From Flavobacteriales bacterium (GTDB lineage: Bacteria; Bacteroidota; Bacteroidia; Flavobacteriales; BACL11): DNA of 48,840 nucleotides. Below, piece by piece: positions 20,201-29,588 of the stretch (positions within the stretch are counted from its first letter, which is position 1; each line of letters begins with the position of its first letter). Made by a program: the position numbers and the translations under genes. Below the pieces are notes generated by a model. The model made no database searches and was not told where the DNA came from. It worked only from the letters and a program-made list of their open reading frames with translations. The stretch is taken from NCBI GenBank assembly GCA_002712715.1, contig PAUF01000016.1, positions 68 through 48,907 on the forward strand, written 5' to 3'.

Positions 20201-20994
20201 CAAAAGATATTGATTACTCTATTGGAAATGGAAGAATCTCATATTATGCATATCATGATACTGAAAATCTGGATGCTAGTGGTTGGTTTGAACAATTTTA
20301 CGTTGGAGGCTTTTCTAATGAAAACATTGATGATGAATCAGGACCAATGGTTAGTTTATTCATGAATGATGAACAATTTATAGATGGAGGTATTACAGAT
20401 AAAAATCCTGTATTTTTAGCAATAATTTCAGATTCTTCTGGTATTAATACTGTTGGTAATAGTATAGGACATGATATTACTCTTATTTTAGATGATGAAA
20501 CAACTAATAAGATTATTTTAAATGAATATTATCAATCTGATATAGATAGTTATCAAAGCGGAAGAATTGAGTATCCATTAGATGAATTGTCACAAGGAAT
20601 GCATCAAATTGATTTTAAAATATGGGATATTCTTAATAACTCATCTCAATCCTCAATTGAATTTATTGTTGCAGAATCAGAGGATTTTGTTATTGAAAAC
20701 TTACTCAATTATCCCAATCCATTTACTCATAATACAGGTTTTTATTTTGAACATAATAGACCAAATCAGAATTTACAAGTTCAAATACAAATATTTACTG
20801 TTTCGGGTAAATTAGTAAAGACTATCAACTCAATAATTTCTTCTTTAGGATTTAGGGCTGGGCCTATAAATTGGAATGGAAATGATGATTATGAAGATAA
20901 GATTGGTAAGGGAACGTATTTGTATAAGATCAATGTATTAGATGAAAACGGTGAAGGTATTAATTTAGTTGAGAAATTAGTAATATTGAAATGA
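17230..20994 (+). CDS. porU: T9SS sortase PorU (peptidase C25 family)
   Basis: L.SG.WFKV...SGVY, IYNEFSSG, LLLLGDASYD, TDDFFG.LDD.EG, catalytic NYTGHGG and TATCEF, C-terminal NYPNPF CTD; directly upstream of porV. Confidence 0.94.
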   Translation: MKWNILFFLVFSLIIAELYAQREVVLEWNDDENDHNFWFEGAVFLEKYNGLPVYQEIKTLSDGVGFTVEIFDIEFEDVSNLEKEYLSLLHKNNEVEHSSDLLTSSIGNYNRIIIFPYISIGNNYKRISKFKLTTNTKSSKITENSNINKINSELNSGDWFKVSVQQSGVYSLNVQELEMLGINTNYLSINSIRLFGNGGGMLPSLNSQFRHTDLIENAIEIIDENNNGYFDNNDRFLFYAEDVDKWYHDDQNLGTYYHEKHLFEDDNYYFIKISSSGSPKRINSYVPNYNNDLNYSNIFNDYQFHEEELINFIQSGKNWYGEIFDFNLYQEFSFNFPNIVNGSIIHLESRVAARSFASSSFDFTYDGSNIMNLSLNPVSSGFETNYASLANNSSSFTANDDQINIGVNFNRLSSSHKGWLDFISLSVERYLKFIGNQMEFRKTINCLQDQLFTLEISDFSDDYSIWNVSEPTKVINQLLTSAGNGKYLISYDADSGISDQKFIAFDRSQFLSPKLEGSVINQNLHGETDFEMLIVSHDNFITSANQLSNFHYMNSGRKCKVVTPEQIYNEFSSGKKDIAAIRDYCRYLQKIPNSQLKYLLLLGDASYDPKDRIPNNTNFILTYQSENSISPLNTYATDDFFGFLDDDEGVFANDLLDIAIGRLPAKTLEEANSMVNKITEYHQNSSKGEWRNMTCFIADDGDTDDGNIHMNQAENLSNIVDDNYNIYNLNKIFLDAYMQESTPVGPRSPDAKQSINRRIEEGALIVNYTGHGGELGLTQERIIDIDQIINWENKFKLPLFITATCEFGRFDNPDLISGGEYVILNNQGGGVALLTTTRYVYSHLNYTLNTNFINTVFEDFNGEKPTLGDIFLQTKSISGTSINTNKFILLGDPMMKLSYPDYQIITTEITDTLSALGKAFFSGQIVNMIDSSLVDNFNGIVNITVYDKEKIVTTLGQESSTPMPYRQQNNIIYKGKSTVTNGRFTFSFLVPKDIDYSIGNGRISYYAYHDTENLDASGWFEQFYVGGFSNENIDDESGPMVSLFMNDEQFIDGGITDKNPVFLAIISDSSGINTVGNSIGHDITLILDDETTNKIILNEYYQSDIDSYQSGRIEYPLDELSQGMHQIDFKIWDILNNSSQSSIEFIVAESEDFVIENLLNYPNPFTHNTGFYFEHNRPNQNLQVQIQIFTVSGKLVKTINSIISSLGFRAGPINWNGNDDYEDKIGKGTYLYKINVLDENGEGINLVEKLVILK

Positions 20995-21026
20995 TTTTTT
21001 CGTTATCAATACATTGTAAAAAAAAT

Positions 21027-21034
21027 TATATTTG
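21027..21034 (+). promoter_or_regulatory. -7 promoter box (TATATTTG) just upstream of porV
   Basis: TAnnTTTG match ending 6 nt before ATG 21041; the track's TTG start at 21032 is part of this box. Confidence 0.6.
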
Positions 21035-21040
21035 CAAAAT

Positions 21041-22231
21041 ATGATAAAAATTAATAAAGTAATTTTAGTGTGTTTATTTCTTTCATTAGTAAGTATTTTT
21101 AAAATAGAAGCTCAGGGTACAGGTATTAATGATGATAATTTTTTGGGTGGTAATTTAAATACAATTACTACTGCAGTTCCTTTTCTTTTGATTTCTCCTG
21201 ATTCTAGGTCAGGAGCTATGGGAGATGTTGGTGTTGCTACTTCACCAGACGCAAGTTCAATGCATTGGAATCCCGCAAAAATGAGTTTTACTGAAGATAA
21301 TGTAGGAATTTCTGTTTCTATTGTTCCTTGGTTAAGAGAATTAGTGCCTGACATTAACTTACAATATATTAGTGGGTATTATAATTTTAATAATGATGAA
21401 TCTATTGGTTATGAGCTAAGATATTTTTCTTTAGGTGATATAACTTTTACTGATAATAATGGAAATGTTATAGGGCAATATAAGCCTAATGAAATGGCAT
21501 TAGGAACAGCTTATTCTAGAAAATTGAATCGTAATTTATCTATTGCTATATCAGCACGATATATATATTCTAATTTGACTGGAGGTCAAGCTGCTGGCGG
21601 CACTGAAACAATGGCAGGACAATCAATTGCTGCAGACGTTTCATCTTTCTATACTTATCCTACCCAAATATTTTCTAGAAATTCTCAGATGTCTTTCGGA
21701 TTAAATATTTCTAATATTGGAAATAAGATATCTTATACTGAAACTTTAACTAGAGATTTTATCCCAATTAACTTGAGGCTTGGGACAGCGCTAGCAACAG
21801 AATTTGATGACTATAATAGTTTGACTTTTGCTATAGATTTTAATAAGCTTTTGGTACCCTCACCTCCTTTAATAGATGATAACGGAAATATCATTAGAGG
21901 AAAGGATCCTGAAGTATCAGTTGTTTCTGGTATATTTCAATCTTTTGGTGATGCTCCAGATGGATTTTCTGAAGAATTACGTGAGGTAAATATTTCAACT
22001 GGATTAGAATATTGGTATGATAATCAGTTTGCTTTGAGATTTGGATATTTTCATGAACATAACACTAAAGGTGGAAGACAATATTTAACTTTTGGTTCAG
22101 GAATTAAGTATAATGTTTTTGCATTAGATTTTTCATACCTAGTTAGCACATCTAATATTGGAGGGACTAATCCTCTTGCTAATACGATGAGATTTACTTT
22201 GATTTTTGATTTAGGAGCAATATCTAATTAA
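21041..22231 (+). CDS. porV: T9SS shuttle protein PorV (start moved from 21032 to ATG 21041)
   Basis: ITTAVPFLLISPDSRSGAMGDVGVATSPD...WNPAK, RYFSLG.I, GYFHE...KG.RQY, PLANT.RF; porU-porV-ispF order. Confidence 0.95.
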   Translation: MIKINKVILVCLFLSLVSIFKIEAQGTGINDDNFLGGNLNTITTAVPFLLISPDSRSGAMGDVGVATSPDASSMHWNPAKMSFTEDNVGISVSIVPWLRELVPDINLQYISGYYNFNNDESIGYELRYFSLGDITFTDNNGNVIGQYKPNEMALGTAYSRKLNRNLSIAISARYIYSNLTGGQAAGGTETMAGQSIAADVSSFYTYPTQIFSRNSQMSFGLNISNIGNKISYTETLTRDFIPINLRLGTALATEFDDYNSLTFAIDFNKLLVPSPPLIDDNGNIIRGKDPEVSVVSGIFQSFGDAPDGFSEELREVNISTGLEYWYDNQFALRFGYFHEHNTKGGRQYLTFGSGIKYNVFALDFSYLVSTSNIGGTNPLANTMRFTLIFDLGAISN

Positions 22232-22710
22232 TGAAAACAAGAATAGGATTTGGATATGATGTTCATCGTTTAGAAAATGGTGTTGATTTTTGGATGGGTG
22301 GTATTAAGATTCCACATTCAAAGGGAGCTGTAGGTCATTCCGATGCGGATGTTTTGATTCATGCAATTTGTGATGCTCTTTTAGGAGCTGCAAATATGGG
22401 GGATATTGGTCAACATTTTCCAGATACGGATCAGAAATTTAAAGGAATAGATAGTAAAATATTATTAAGGAAAGTCGCTGATCTTATAAGTGAGAAGGGC
22501 TTCAGTATTGGTAATATTGACTGTACTATTTGTTTAGAAAAGCCTAAGTTATTTAAATATATAAATAATATAAAGGATTGTCTTGCTAATTGTATAGGGA
22601 TTCCAATATTTGATATTTCTATTAAAGCAACTACTAGCGAAAAGATGGGTTTTGTAGGAACTCAAGATGGAGTTACAGCTTATTCGGTAGTGTTAATCTA
22701 TTTAGATTAA
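22231..22710 (+). CDS. ispF: 2-C-methyl-D-erythritol 2,4-cyclodiphosphate synthase
   Basis: RIGFGYDVH, GHSDADV..HAICDALLGA, DIGQHFPDTD, KATTSE. Confidence 0.97.
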   Translation: MKTRIGFGYDVHRLENGVDFWMGGIKIPHSKGAVGHSDADVLIHAICDALLGAANMGDIGQHFPDTDQKFKGIDSKILLRKVADLISEKGFSIGNIDCTICLEKPKLFKYINNIKDCLANCIGIPIFDISIKATTSEKMGFVGTQDGVTAYSVVLIYLD

Positions 22711-23339
22711 ATTTTAGCAAGATAATTAGCAACAGATTCATGAGACTCTTCAATAGCTTTTTCACCTTTTATCCAATTTGCTGGACATACCTCTCCATTT
22801 TTTTCAAAATGCTCTAATGCGTCTACCATCCTAAGGGCTTCATCTACATTTCTTCCTAGAGGGAAATTGTTAACTACCTGGTGTTGAACAATTCCATTTG
22901 AATCAATTAAAAATAATCCTCTAAAAGCAATCATGGGACCAGTGGCTGATATGATATCATGTTCATCTATTTCATAATCACCAAATAAAACTCCAAAGTT
23001 AGCTGCAATAGTTTTATCAGTATCAGCTACTAATGGGTATTTTACTCCTTTAATTCCACCAGCTTTTTTTTCCATTTGTAACCATCCCCAATGTGATTGT
23101 TCAGTATCAGTGGAGCACGCGACAACAGCACAATTCCTTTTTTCAAATTCTGACAATTTTTCTTGAAAAGCAAAGAGTTCAGTTGGACATACAAAAGTGA
23201 AATCTTTTGGGTAGAAAAAGAAAACAACCGGTTGTTTTCCAATGAATTGGTTGAGCGAAAATTTTTCCACTATTTCTCCACCATTAATAACTGCTTGTGC
23301 TGAAAAATGAGGAGCTTTTTTTCCTATGATACTTGACAT
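22707..23339 (-). CDS. ahpC: Typical 2-Cys peroxiredoxin (AhpC/TSA family)
   Basis: FYPKDFTFVCPTE (peroxidatic Cys), GRNVDEALR, EVCPANW (resolving Cys). Confidence 0.93.
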   Translation of the reverse strand: MSSIIGKKAPHFSAQAVINGGEIVEKFSLNQFIGKQPVVFFFYPKDFTFVCPTELFAFQEKLSEFEKRNCAVVACSTDTEQSHWGWLQMEKKAGGIKGVKYPLVADTDKTIAANFGVLFGDYEIDEHDIISATGPMIAFRGLFLIDSNGIVQHQVVNNFPLGRNVDEALRMVDALEHFEKNGEVCPANWIKGEKAIEESHESVANYLAKI

Positions 23340-23387
23340 GTTTTATATTTTTTCATTAATAGTGCTAAAATAAGCTTATTTATAGAT

Positions 23388-23909
23388 TTAATGTAAATTA
23401 TTAAAAATAAAATTCATTCTTTTCTTTATTGAAGACTTAGGAATCATTATCATTTCATATGAGAAAGAAGAGTAAATTTCAATGATATTTTTTTCTATTT
23501 TTATTGCTTCCCTTATGCCTTCTTTTCTTTCATTATCTATTTTGTAAATTTCCTCCCACATAGGAGTGTAAAATACTTTTTTATGATATTTATTTTTGTG
23601 AATTGACAGTGTAAATTTATCTGGGATTTTCATTTTTTCCATTTTCATATAACAATAAGTGTCAATGATGCTTCTATCAAAAAATGTTATTGAATCTCTA
23701 GTTTTAAGAACTTCCTTTTCTCTATATTTGAAAATTAACTCAGAAAAATCAGGTATTTCTTTCCACGATTTAATATTTGAATTTTTACTAATGTATGTGT
23801 TAAGGATACTTCTAGTACCTTCTTTAACGCATTTGTAACCTTTCTTGTTTAGATGATTTATTATACTTGTTTTACCAGTTCCAGGAGCTCCTGTAATAAT
23901 TATCTTCAT
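23388..23909 (-). CDS. Small P-loop NTPase (AAA_28/NadR-Ttd14-like)
   Basis: ITGAPGTGKTS Walker A, FFDRSIID, IYKIDNERKE. Confidence 0.8.
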   Translation of the reverse strand: MKIIITGAPGTGKTSIINHLNKKGYKCVKEGTRSILNTYISKNSNIKSWKEIPDFSELIFKYREKEVLKTRDSITFFDRSIIDTYCYMKMEKMKIPDKFTLSIHKNKYHKKVFYTPMWEEIYKIDNERKEGIREAIKIEKNIIEIYSSFSYEMIMIPKSSIKKRMNFIFNNLH

Positions 23910-24643
23910 TTAGGCTTTGTGTTTTTCTTTGCAATTATGATTATTCTTTCAGATTGTTTTATGTCAAATTTTTTTAAGGAATAGCTTCCGAATTTCTCTA
24001 TAATTTCAAATCCAGCATGAGAGAGTAATTTTTTAAATTTAGTAGAGGTTATTATCTTGATTTTTTCTATAAATTCATAATGCTTATTTTTATCATGGAA
24101 GACAATTTTTTTATATAAGAAATTTTCATCCGAATGTTTAGTTATCTGAAATTTAATATTATTAATAGTTTTTACTTCTTTGATTTTCAAACTATTAAGA
24201 GCTTTGTAAATATTAATGAAGTCTATTACTAATATTCCATCATCTTTCAAGTTATTATACATTGCTTTTAATACTTTTTCATCATCCTCATCTTTTTCAA
24301 AATAACCAAAAGATGTGAATAGATTAATCGCTATGTCATATTCTTGATGCCTATAAGTTAATCTCATATCTGCAACATCAAATTTTAGTTTCTTTTTTTT
24401 ATATTTATTTGCTTGATTAATACTGTTTTTGGATAGATCTATTCCTGTTACATTAAAACCTATTTTATTAAGAAAAATTGAATGTCTTCCTTTTCCGCAG
24501 GCAATATCAATAATTTTTTTAGAGTTTGTAAAATATTTTAGATTAGTTAATTTCTTCAAGAAAAATTCTGCCTCATCATAATTTCTATTTTTATATAAAA
24601 TATGATAATATTCACTGTTAAACCATTGTTCAAACCACTCCAT
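23906..24643 (-). CDS. Class I SAM-dependent methyltransferase
   Basis: IDIACGKGRH motif I, GIDLS, DMR, NLFTSFGYF. Confidence 0.9.
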   Translation of the reverse strand: MEWFEQWFNSEYYHILYKNRNYDEAEFFLKKLTNLKYFTNSKKIIDIACGKGRHSIFLNKIGFNVTGIDLSKNSINQANKYKKKKLKFDVADMRLTYRHQEYDIAINLFTSFGYFEKDEDDEKVLKAMYNNLKDDGILVIDFINIYKALNSLKIKEVKTINNIKFQITKHSDENFLYKKIVFHDKNKHYEFIEKIKIITSTKFKKLLSHAGFEIIEKFGSYSLKKFDIKQSERIIIIAKKNTKPK

Positions 24644-27600
24644 TATTTAATAATGAGTTTTTTATTTCTTATTATATTTTTATGATAAACTTGAACAGTA
24701 TAATGTCCACGATTTAGGAAATCCGCGGAAATTTTCATAGTTTGATGATTAAGATTTTTCTCAAATAAAATTCTTCCAAAAATGTCAATAATTTTTATAG
24801 TTGAATTATCTTGTAATGTTCTGATAATGAAATTCCCATCACTAGGATTGGGATAGATTTCTATTGCATTTTTATCTATTTTAAATGTATTAAGAATATT
24901 GTTGCCATCTATTTTAATATTGTCTAAATAAAAATGATTACCATAGTCATTAATTGCTACAAATCGTACCATAATTGTGTCATTTGTAAATCCCAAAGAT
25001 CCCAAATCATGCGAGTTATTTTTCCAACTTCCACATGTAGGTACCCAAACAGATGAAGAATAGTTTGTTGTTTGAAGGCTTGTTCCATATGCACTATATA
25101 TAGAATCCCAAGTTAACCCACAATCTTTCGATATATCTATTCTAAATCCATCATTATGTGCGCTAGAAAATCCTGAATATGAATAGTCATATGATAATAT
25201 ATGTATAGCGGAATCTCCATTTCCTAATTTTATTTTATTTGTGATGAGATAAGATTCCTGTGCAGGATATTGTGCCCAATAATGGTTTACATACGCTGTA
25301 GTTGTTGGATAGCAATTTGCTCCAGAATCTACAACTATTGATTGCCAATTGAAATTTGCTGTAGGATGCTTCCAATATTTTGGAGGAAATGTTCCGCTTT
25401 CAAAATCTTGAGTATATTTCATGTTATTTGTGATTTTAGAAACGGTGTCGGAGTATTTAATGAAATTATTAATTGTTTGGGTAGAGCTTCCAAACGAGTC
25501 AGTAACTGTAAGAGATACATCATACATTCCAGGTTTTTGATAAACAACTGTAGGATTTTCAAGATATGAAATAGAAGGTGTTCCACCGGGAAAATTCCAT
25601 AGCCAAGAAGCACTGTTAATTCTAACTGCAGAATGATCAATAAAATGCACAGTATCATTCGTACAATCTATTTCTAATTTATCTGCAGCAATTTGTGCAG
25701 ATGGAGGTGAGTTTTCAAAGAAATTTGCTTCATATACGGATCTATTTGTGCCATTTATGATCAAACCATTTCTGTAATATGGGATTAGTTGAGTCGAGAA
25801 TGTGCTTACAGGAAGATTGTTATTAAAAATTTCCCAATCATTCATAGAATTATTTCTATAGTATACATTATTACGAGTTCCTAAATAAACCCCACCATCA
25901 CTTCCTCTCTGATGTTCAATATTCGTTGCGTTAATATTGTCTAATGTAGGTGTACTTAAGTTAATCCAATTTAGTCCGCCATCAATTGATTTGAAAACCT
26001 CATAACCTTGTGCATCTTGAACCCCTCCATACATTGATGTTCTGGCAATCCATAGTATATTTTCATCTTGGCTACTTACAGTAATATCATATGGAATCCA
26101 TGCTTGTCCATTAATATTTGTAGGGGTGATCTCCATCCAATTTGTTCCACTATCTATTGTTTTCCATATTTTCTTTGTGCCCCACCAGCTTTCCCAAGTA
26201 GCAATGTATATGACATTTGGATTAGACCAAGCAACTTCTATTGAAGTTACTTTATCATTAAAATGATAGACTGGATCAAAAGAAATACCGTTATTTTTAG
26301 TGATCCATAATGTTGTGTCATTACCAATATAATGCCAATTGTAACACCTTGGATCAAATTCCATTTGGGATGATTCCCCTACAATATATGATGCGTTTGG
26401 CTTGAGACTCATATTGAAGGATGCTATATTTTTAGTTCTATCACCAGATAATATTTTCCCTCCATAATCACTGTAGGCCATTCTTGGATTCCCGAAATTT
26501 ACAAAACCTCTAATCCCATCTCCACCATCAGTACAAATCCAATCATTAATATACGTATTTCCATCTTTAAGAAGTGTTCCATTATGATATGCTCCTCCTA
26601 ACATTACATTATGATCTTTAAATCCCACTCCAAATCCCCAAAAATCAGTTCCAGCAATACCAAGTTGTTTTTTATATATACTATCGGCCGCATTGTTTGA
26701 GTAGAATATTCCTCCGTCACATGCAAACCATAGATCATTGCCAAAATAATTTATATCATGAATGTCAGCATGTACATAACCTTTTTTATGAGGTTCACTC
26801 CATTTAGCTGGACAAGAAAAAGAAATTCCGTTATCAAATGATATCCAATGATTAACTCCACCTACATGAATGATATTAGCGTCATAAGGGTTGATTGCTA
26901 ATGCTAGGTCATAATAGTATTGTCCACCATCATCTGATCCATCTGGTTGCCAACCCATAAGATTCATGTTATTTGAAGATGGAACGCCAGCAGGTTGATT
27001 CCCGCAACATTGAAAAGTCCAGTTTTCGCCTTTATCATCACTAATATAAATTCCATATAAACCGCTTCCTCCATTTGCATTTCCTGTAGCTAGTGCAACA
27101 ATTTTATTTGGAGAAGCAGGACTTACAGCTATTTCTGTTCTTTTTTGTTCTTCTCCATTTGTTGGATTTGGCCATCCATTAGTGAATAAATTTAGTGAAT
27201 TACCTGCATCATCAGATCTATAAAATTCTGTTTTATTGTTAATTTGTTTTATGAAATAGATAGTATCAGAAGAATTAGTATGGAATTCTATTTCTAAATA
27301 ATTTCCTGACATTATAGTTGAAAAGTTATTACCACCATCTATTGATTTATATAGCCCTTGATTTGATGCTACAAACAAAATTTGGTTATTGGTTGGGCAT
27401 AACTTAATATCTTTTATGTCGTGTGATAAATTTGTAAAAACAGAATTACCTATTAATGTCCAGTTATTTCCACTATCATATGATTTGTAAATACCTCCAT
27501 TTCCGCTAATGTAAATTATTTCAGGATTAGTAAAATCTATTTCTATAGCATATACTTGGTTTAAAGGCAGTTCCGCTGTGATAAGTTCCCAAGTATCACC

Positions 27601-28038
27601 TTTATTTATTGATTTCCAAGCTCCAGCTGTGGCTGTGCCAGCATAAAGAATATCCGGATTGCTTTTGGATTGTTCCACCGTGTATACATGAGATGAGCCT
27701 GGCGCGTAACTTCTACTGGCTGCTTCTTTATCAAAGTCCCAGGGTCCAACGCATTGCCATTGATTATTTTGAGAACTTTTTTTTGTTGGTTGAGCATTAG
27801 TAGATCTACTTATTTCTCTAATCCACCGCTTATAGTATTGCGTATGTTTATTTTTAAAAAACTTATTGTTCTTGTAATAATCATTGTATTTATCTATAAT
27901 AGTTCCTTCATCTGCATTTTGTGAATACATCAATTGTATCCATTCAGGGGTATTAGAATCTACTTCATATTTTAATTCTGTTTGACCATATATATATGAT
28001 ATTGAAATAAGATATATGAAATAAATCTTTCTTATCAA
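24643..28038 (-). CDS. Secreted BNR/Asp-box beta-propeller (VPS10/GH74-like) protein with PKD domain, beta-sandwich domain and T9SS type A CTD
   Basis: TTG start, signal peptide; about 10 S/T-x-D/N-x-G-x-x-W/F Asp-boxes; PKD (WLWNFPGG.P.....NPTVVY..PG.YDVSLTV); QDFESGTFPP...FYLDNIKI sandwich; IYPNPS...KKLIIK CTD. Confidence 0.82.
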   Translation of the reverse strand: MIRKIYFIYLISISYIYGQTELKYEVDSNTPEWIQLMYSQNADEGTIIDKYNDYYKNNKFFKNKHTQYYKRWIREISRSTNAQPTKKSSQNNQWQCVGPWDFDKEAASRSYAPGSSHVYTVEQSKSNPDILYAGTATAGAWKSINKGDTWELITAELPLNQVYAIEIDFTNPEIIYISGNGGIYKSYDSGNNWTLIGNSVFTNLSHDIKDIKLCPTNNQILFVASNQGLYKSIDGGNNFSTIMSGNYLEIEFHTNSSDTIYFIKQINNKTEFYRSDDAGNSLNLFTNGWPNPTNGEEQKRTEIAVSPASPNKIVALATGNANGGSGLYGIYISDDKGENWTFQCCGNQPAGVPSSNNMNLMGWQPDGSDDGGQYYYDLALAINPYDANIIHVGGVNHWISFDNGISFSCPAKWSEPHKKGYVHADIHDINYFGNDLWFACDGGIFYSNNAADSIYKKQLGIAGTDFWGFGVGFKDHNVMLGGAYHNGTLLKDGNTYINDWICTDGGDGIRGFVNFGNPRMAYSDYGGKILSGDRTKNIASFNMSLKPNASYIVGESSQMEFDPRCYNWHYIGNDTTLWITKNNGISFDPVYHFNDKVTSIEVAWSNPNVIYIATWESWWGTKKIWKTIDSGTNWMEITPTNINGQAWIPYDITVSSQDENILWIARTSMYGGVQDAQGYEVFKSIDGGLNWINLSTPTLDNINATNIEHQRGSDGGVYLGTRNNVYYRNNSMNDWEIFNNNLPVSTFSTQLIPYYRNGLIINGTNRSVYEANFFENSPPSAQIAADKLEIDCTNDTVHFIDHSAVRINSASWLWNFPGGTPSISYLENPTVVYQKPGMYDVSLTVTDSFGSSTQTINNFIKYSDTVSKITNNMKYTQDFESGTFPPKYWKHPTANFNWQSIVVDSGANCYPTTTAYVNHYWAQYPAQESYLITNKIKLGNGDSAIHILSYDYSYSGFSSAHNDGFRIDISKDCGLTWDSIYSAYGTSLQTTNYSSSVWVPTCGSWKNNSHDLGSLGFTNDTIMVRFVAINDYGNHFYLDNIKIDGNNILNTFKIDKNAIEIYPNPSDGNFIIRTLQDNSTIKIIDIFGRILFEKNLNHQTMKISADFLNRGHYTVQVYHKNIIRNKKLIIK

Positions 28039-28049
28039 AGTATGGGAAT

Positions 28050-29309
28050 TTATAGATTAAACACTTTTTTCACTTCTTCAATACAATCTAATTTTTCCCA
28101 AGTAAAAGTTTCAACATTGAATTCTTGATCTTTTCCACCAACTTTAAAATAAACTTTCTTTTCTTCAGGATTTCTTCCCATATGACCGTAAGCTGCGGTC
28201 TCAGAATAAATAGGATTTTTTAATTTAAGTCGTTTTATAATTGATGCTGGCTTAAGATTGAAACATTCCATAGTATTTACAATATCTGCAATTTCCCCAT
28301 CACTCATATTTACCTTGCTACTCTGGAAGGTGTCAATAAAAACACCCATAGGTTCAGCAACTCCAATTGCATATGAAACTTGAACTAAAATTCTATCAGC
28401 TATTCCAGCAGCTACTAGATTTTTCGCAATATGTCTTGTTGCATAAGCAGCGGACCTATCTACTTTTGAAGGGTCTTTTCCAGAAAAAGCGCCACCACCA
28501 TGAGCCCCTTTTCCTCCATATGTGTCAACTATAATTTTTCGGCCAGTTAATCCAGTATCGCCATGAGGTCCTCCAATCACAAATTTTCCAGTTGGGTTTA
28601 CATGATACTTTTCTTTGCCAAAAAGATTTTTATTTTCATCAGTTAATTGAGTAATTATTTTAGGAATAAGAATTTGTTTAACATCTTCTTCTATTTTTTG
28701 CTGCATTACTTTTTCTTCTGCAAAATCGTCATGTTGGGTAGACAGTACTATATCTGTAATTTGAAGAGGAATATGATTGTCATCATATTCTAATGTTACT
28801 TGAGATTTAGAATCGGGTCTTAGATACTTCATTTCAATCCCTTCTCTTCTTATCTTCGCTAGCTCTATTAATAATTTATGTGATATGTCTAATGCTAGAG
28901 GCATCAAGTTTTCTGTTTCATTGGTAGCATACCCAAACATCATCCCTTGATCTCCAGCGCCTTGTTCACCGTGAAGACCTTCTCCTTCTATAACGCCCTG
29001 TCTAATATCAGATGATTGTTCATGTATTGCTGAAAGTACTCCACAACTATCGGCATCAAACCTATATTCTGATTTTGTATATCCAATTTTTCTAATTACA
29101 CTTCTAGCAATCCGTTCAACATCTACGTATCCATTAGTTTTTACTTCTCCACTTAAAACTGTTAGTCCAGTTGTTACTAGGGTTTCGCAAGCAACTTTGG
29201 ATTCGGGATCTTGTGCTATGAAATTATCTAATAGAGCATCTGATATTTGATCTGCTACTTTGTCTGGATGTCCTTCTGAAACTGATTCAGATGTAAAAAA
29301 GTATGACAT
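28050..29309 (-). CDS. metK: S-adenosylmethionine synthetase
   Basis: [56 protein letters not shown]. Confidence 0.98.
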   Translation of the reverse strand: MSYFFTSESVSEGHPDKVADQISDALLDNFIAQDPESKVACETLVTTGLTVLSGEVKTNGYVDVERIARSVIRKIGYTKSEYRFDADSCGVLSAIHEQSSDIRQGVIEGEGLHGEQGAGDQGMMFGYATNETENLMPLALDISHKLLIELAKIRREGIEMKYLRPDSKSQVTLEYDDNHIPLQITDIVLSTQHDDFAEEKVMQQKIEEDVKQILIPKIITQLTDENKNLFGKEKYHVNPTGKFVIGGPHGDTGLTGRKIIVDTYGGKGAHGGGAFSGKDPSKVDRSAAYATRHIAKNLVAAGIADRILVQVSYAIGVAEPMGVFIDTFQSSKVNMSDGEIADIVNTMECFNLKPASIIKRLKLKNPIYSETAAYGHMGRNPEEKKVYFKVGGKDQEFNVETFTWEKLDCIEEVKKVFNL

Positions 29310-29362
29310 TTTTCTTTATTTAAATTAATTATATGATTTGGCAATTGATCAGATGAAAGATA

Positions 29363-29413
29363 GCTATTTTAGCATTTTTTTTCTGTGGTTGCAATAGGCC
29401 AAATCTTTCCACA
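29363..29413 (-). ncRNA. SAM-II riboswitch aptamer upstream of metK
   Basis: Minus strand TGTGG-AAA-GATTT-GGC-CTATTGC-AA-CCACA-GAAAAAAAAT-GCTAAAATAG-C: P1 TGTGG/CCACA, conserved GAUUU, UUGCAA and GCUAAA, pseudoknot CTATT/AATAG; sits 5' of a SAM synthetase gene. Confidence 0.8.
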
Positions 29414-29425
29414 AAATTTGAGTAA

Positions 29426-29433
29426 CAAATATA
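29426..29433 (-). promoter_or_regulatory. -7 promoter box (TATATTTG) for the SAM-II/metK transcript
   Basis: TAnnTTTG match 12 nt upstream of the aptamer's P1. Confidence 0.7.
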
Positions 29434-29493
29434 AAATAAAAAATAAAAACATATTTGGTTTTTATCAATTTTTATTATTTCTTTGCGTTAAGA

Positions 29494-29588
29494 CTTATCA
29501 AGAAAGACGGAGGGAAGGGCCCTGTGATGTCTTGGCAACCCTGAAAAAGCAGGGTGCCAATTCCCACTCCAAATGGAGACAGATGATG
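29494..29588 (+). ncRNA. SAM-I (S-box) riboswitch aptamer upstream of metH-metF
   Basis: CTTATCAAGA start; P2 AAGAC/GTCTT with GGAGGGA..GGCCC.TGA kink-turn region; P3 GGCAACC-CTG-AAAAAG-CAG-GGTGCC; AATTCC pseudoknot partner; P4 CTCC/GGAG; closing AGATGA. Confidence 0.95.

Noticed and set aside
13048-22710. murF-gldJ-porP / porU-porV-ispF as a new system
   Set aside because: These are known T9SS and gliding components, and the gldJ-murF and porU-porV-ispF linkages are familiar in Bacteroidota.
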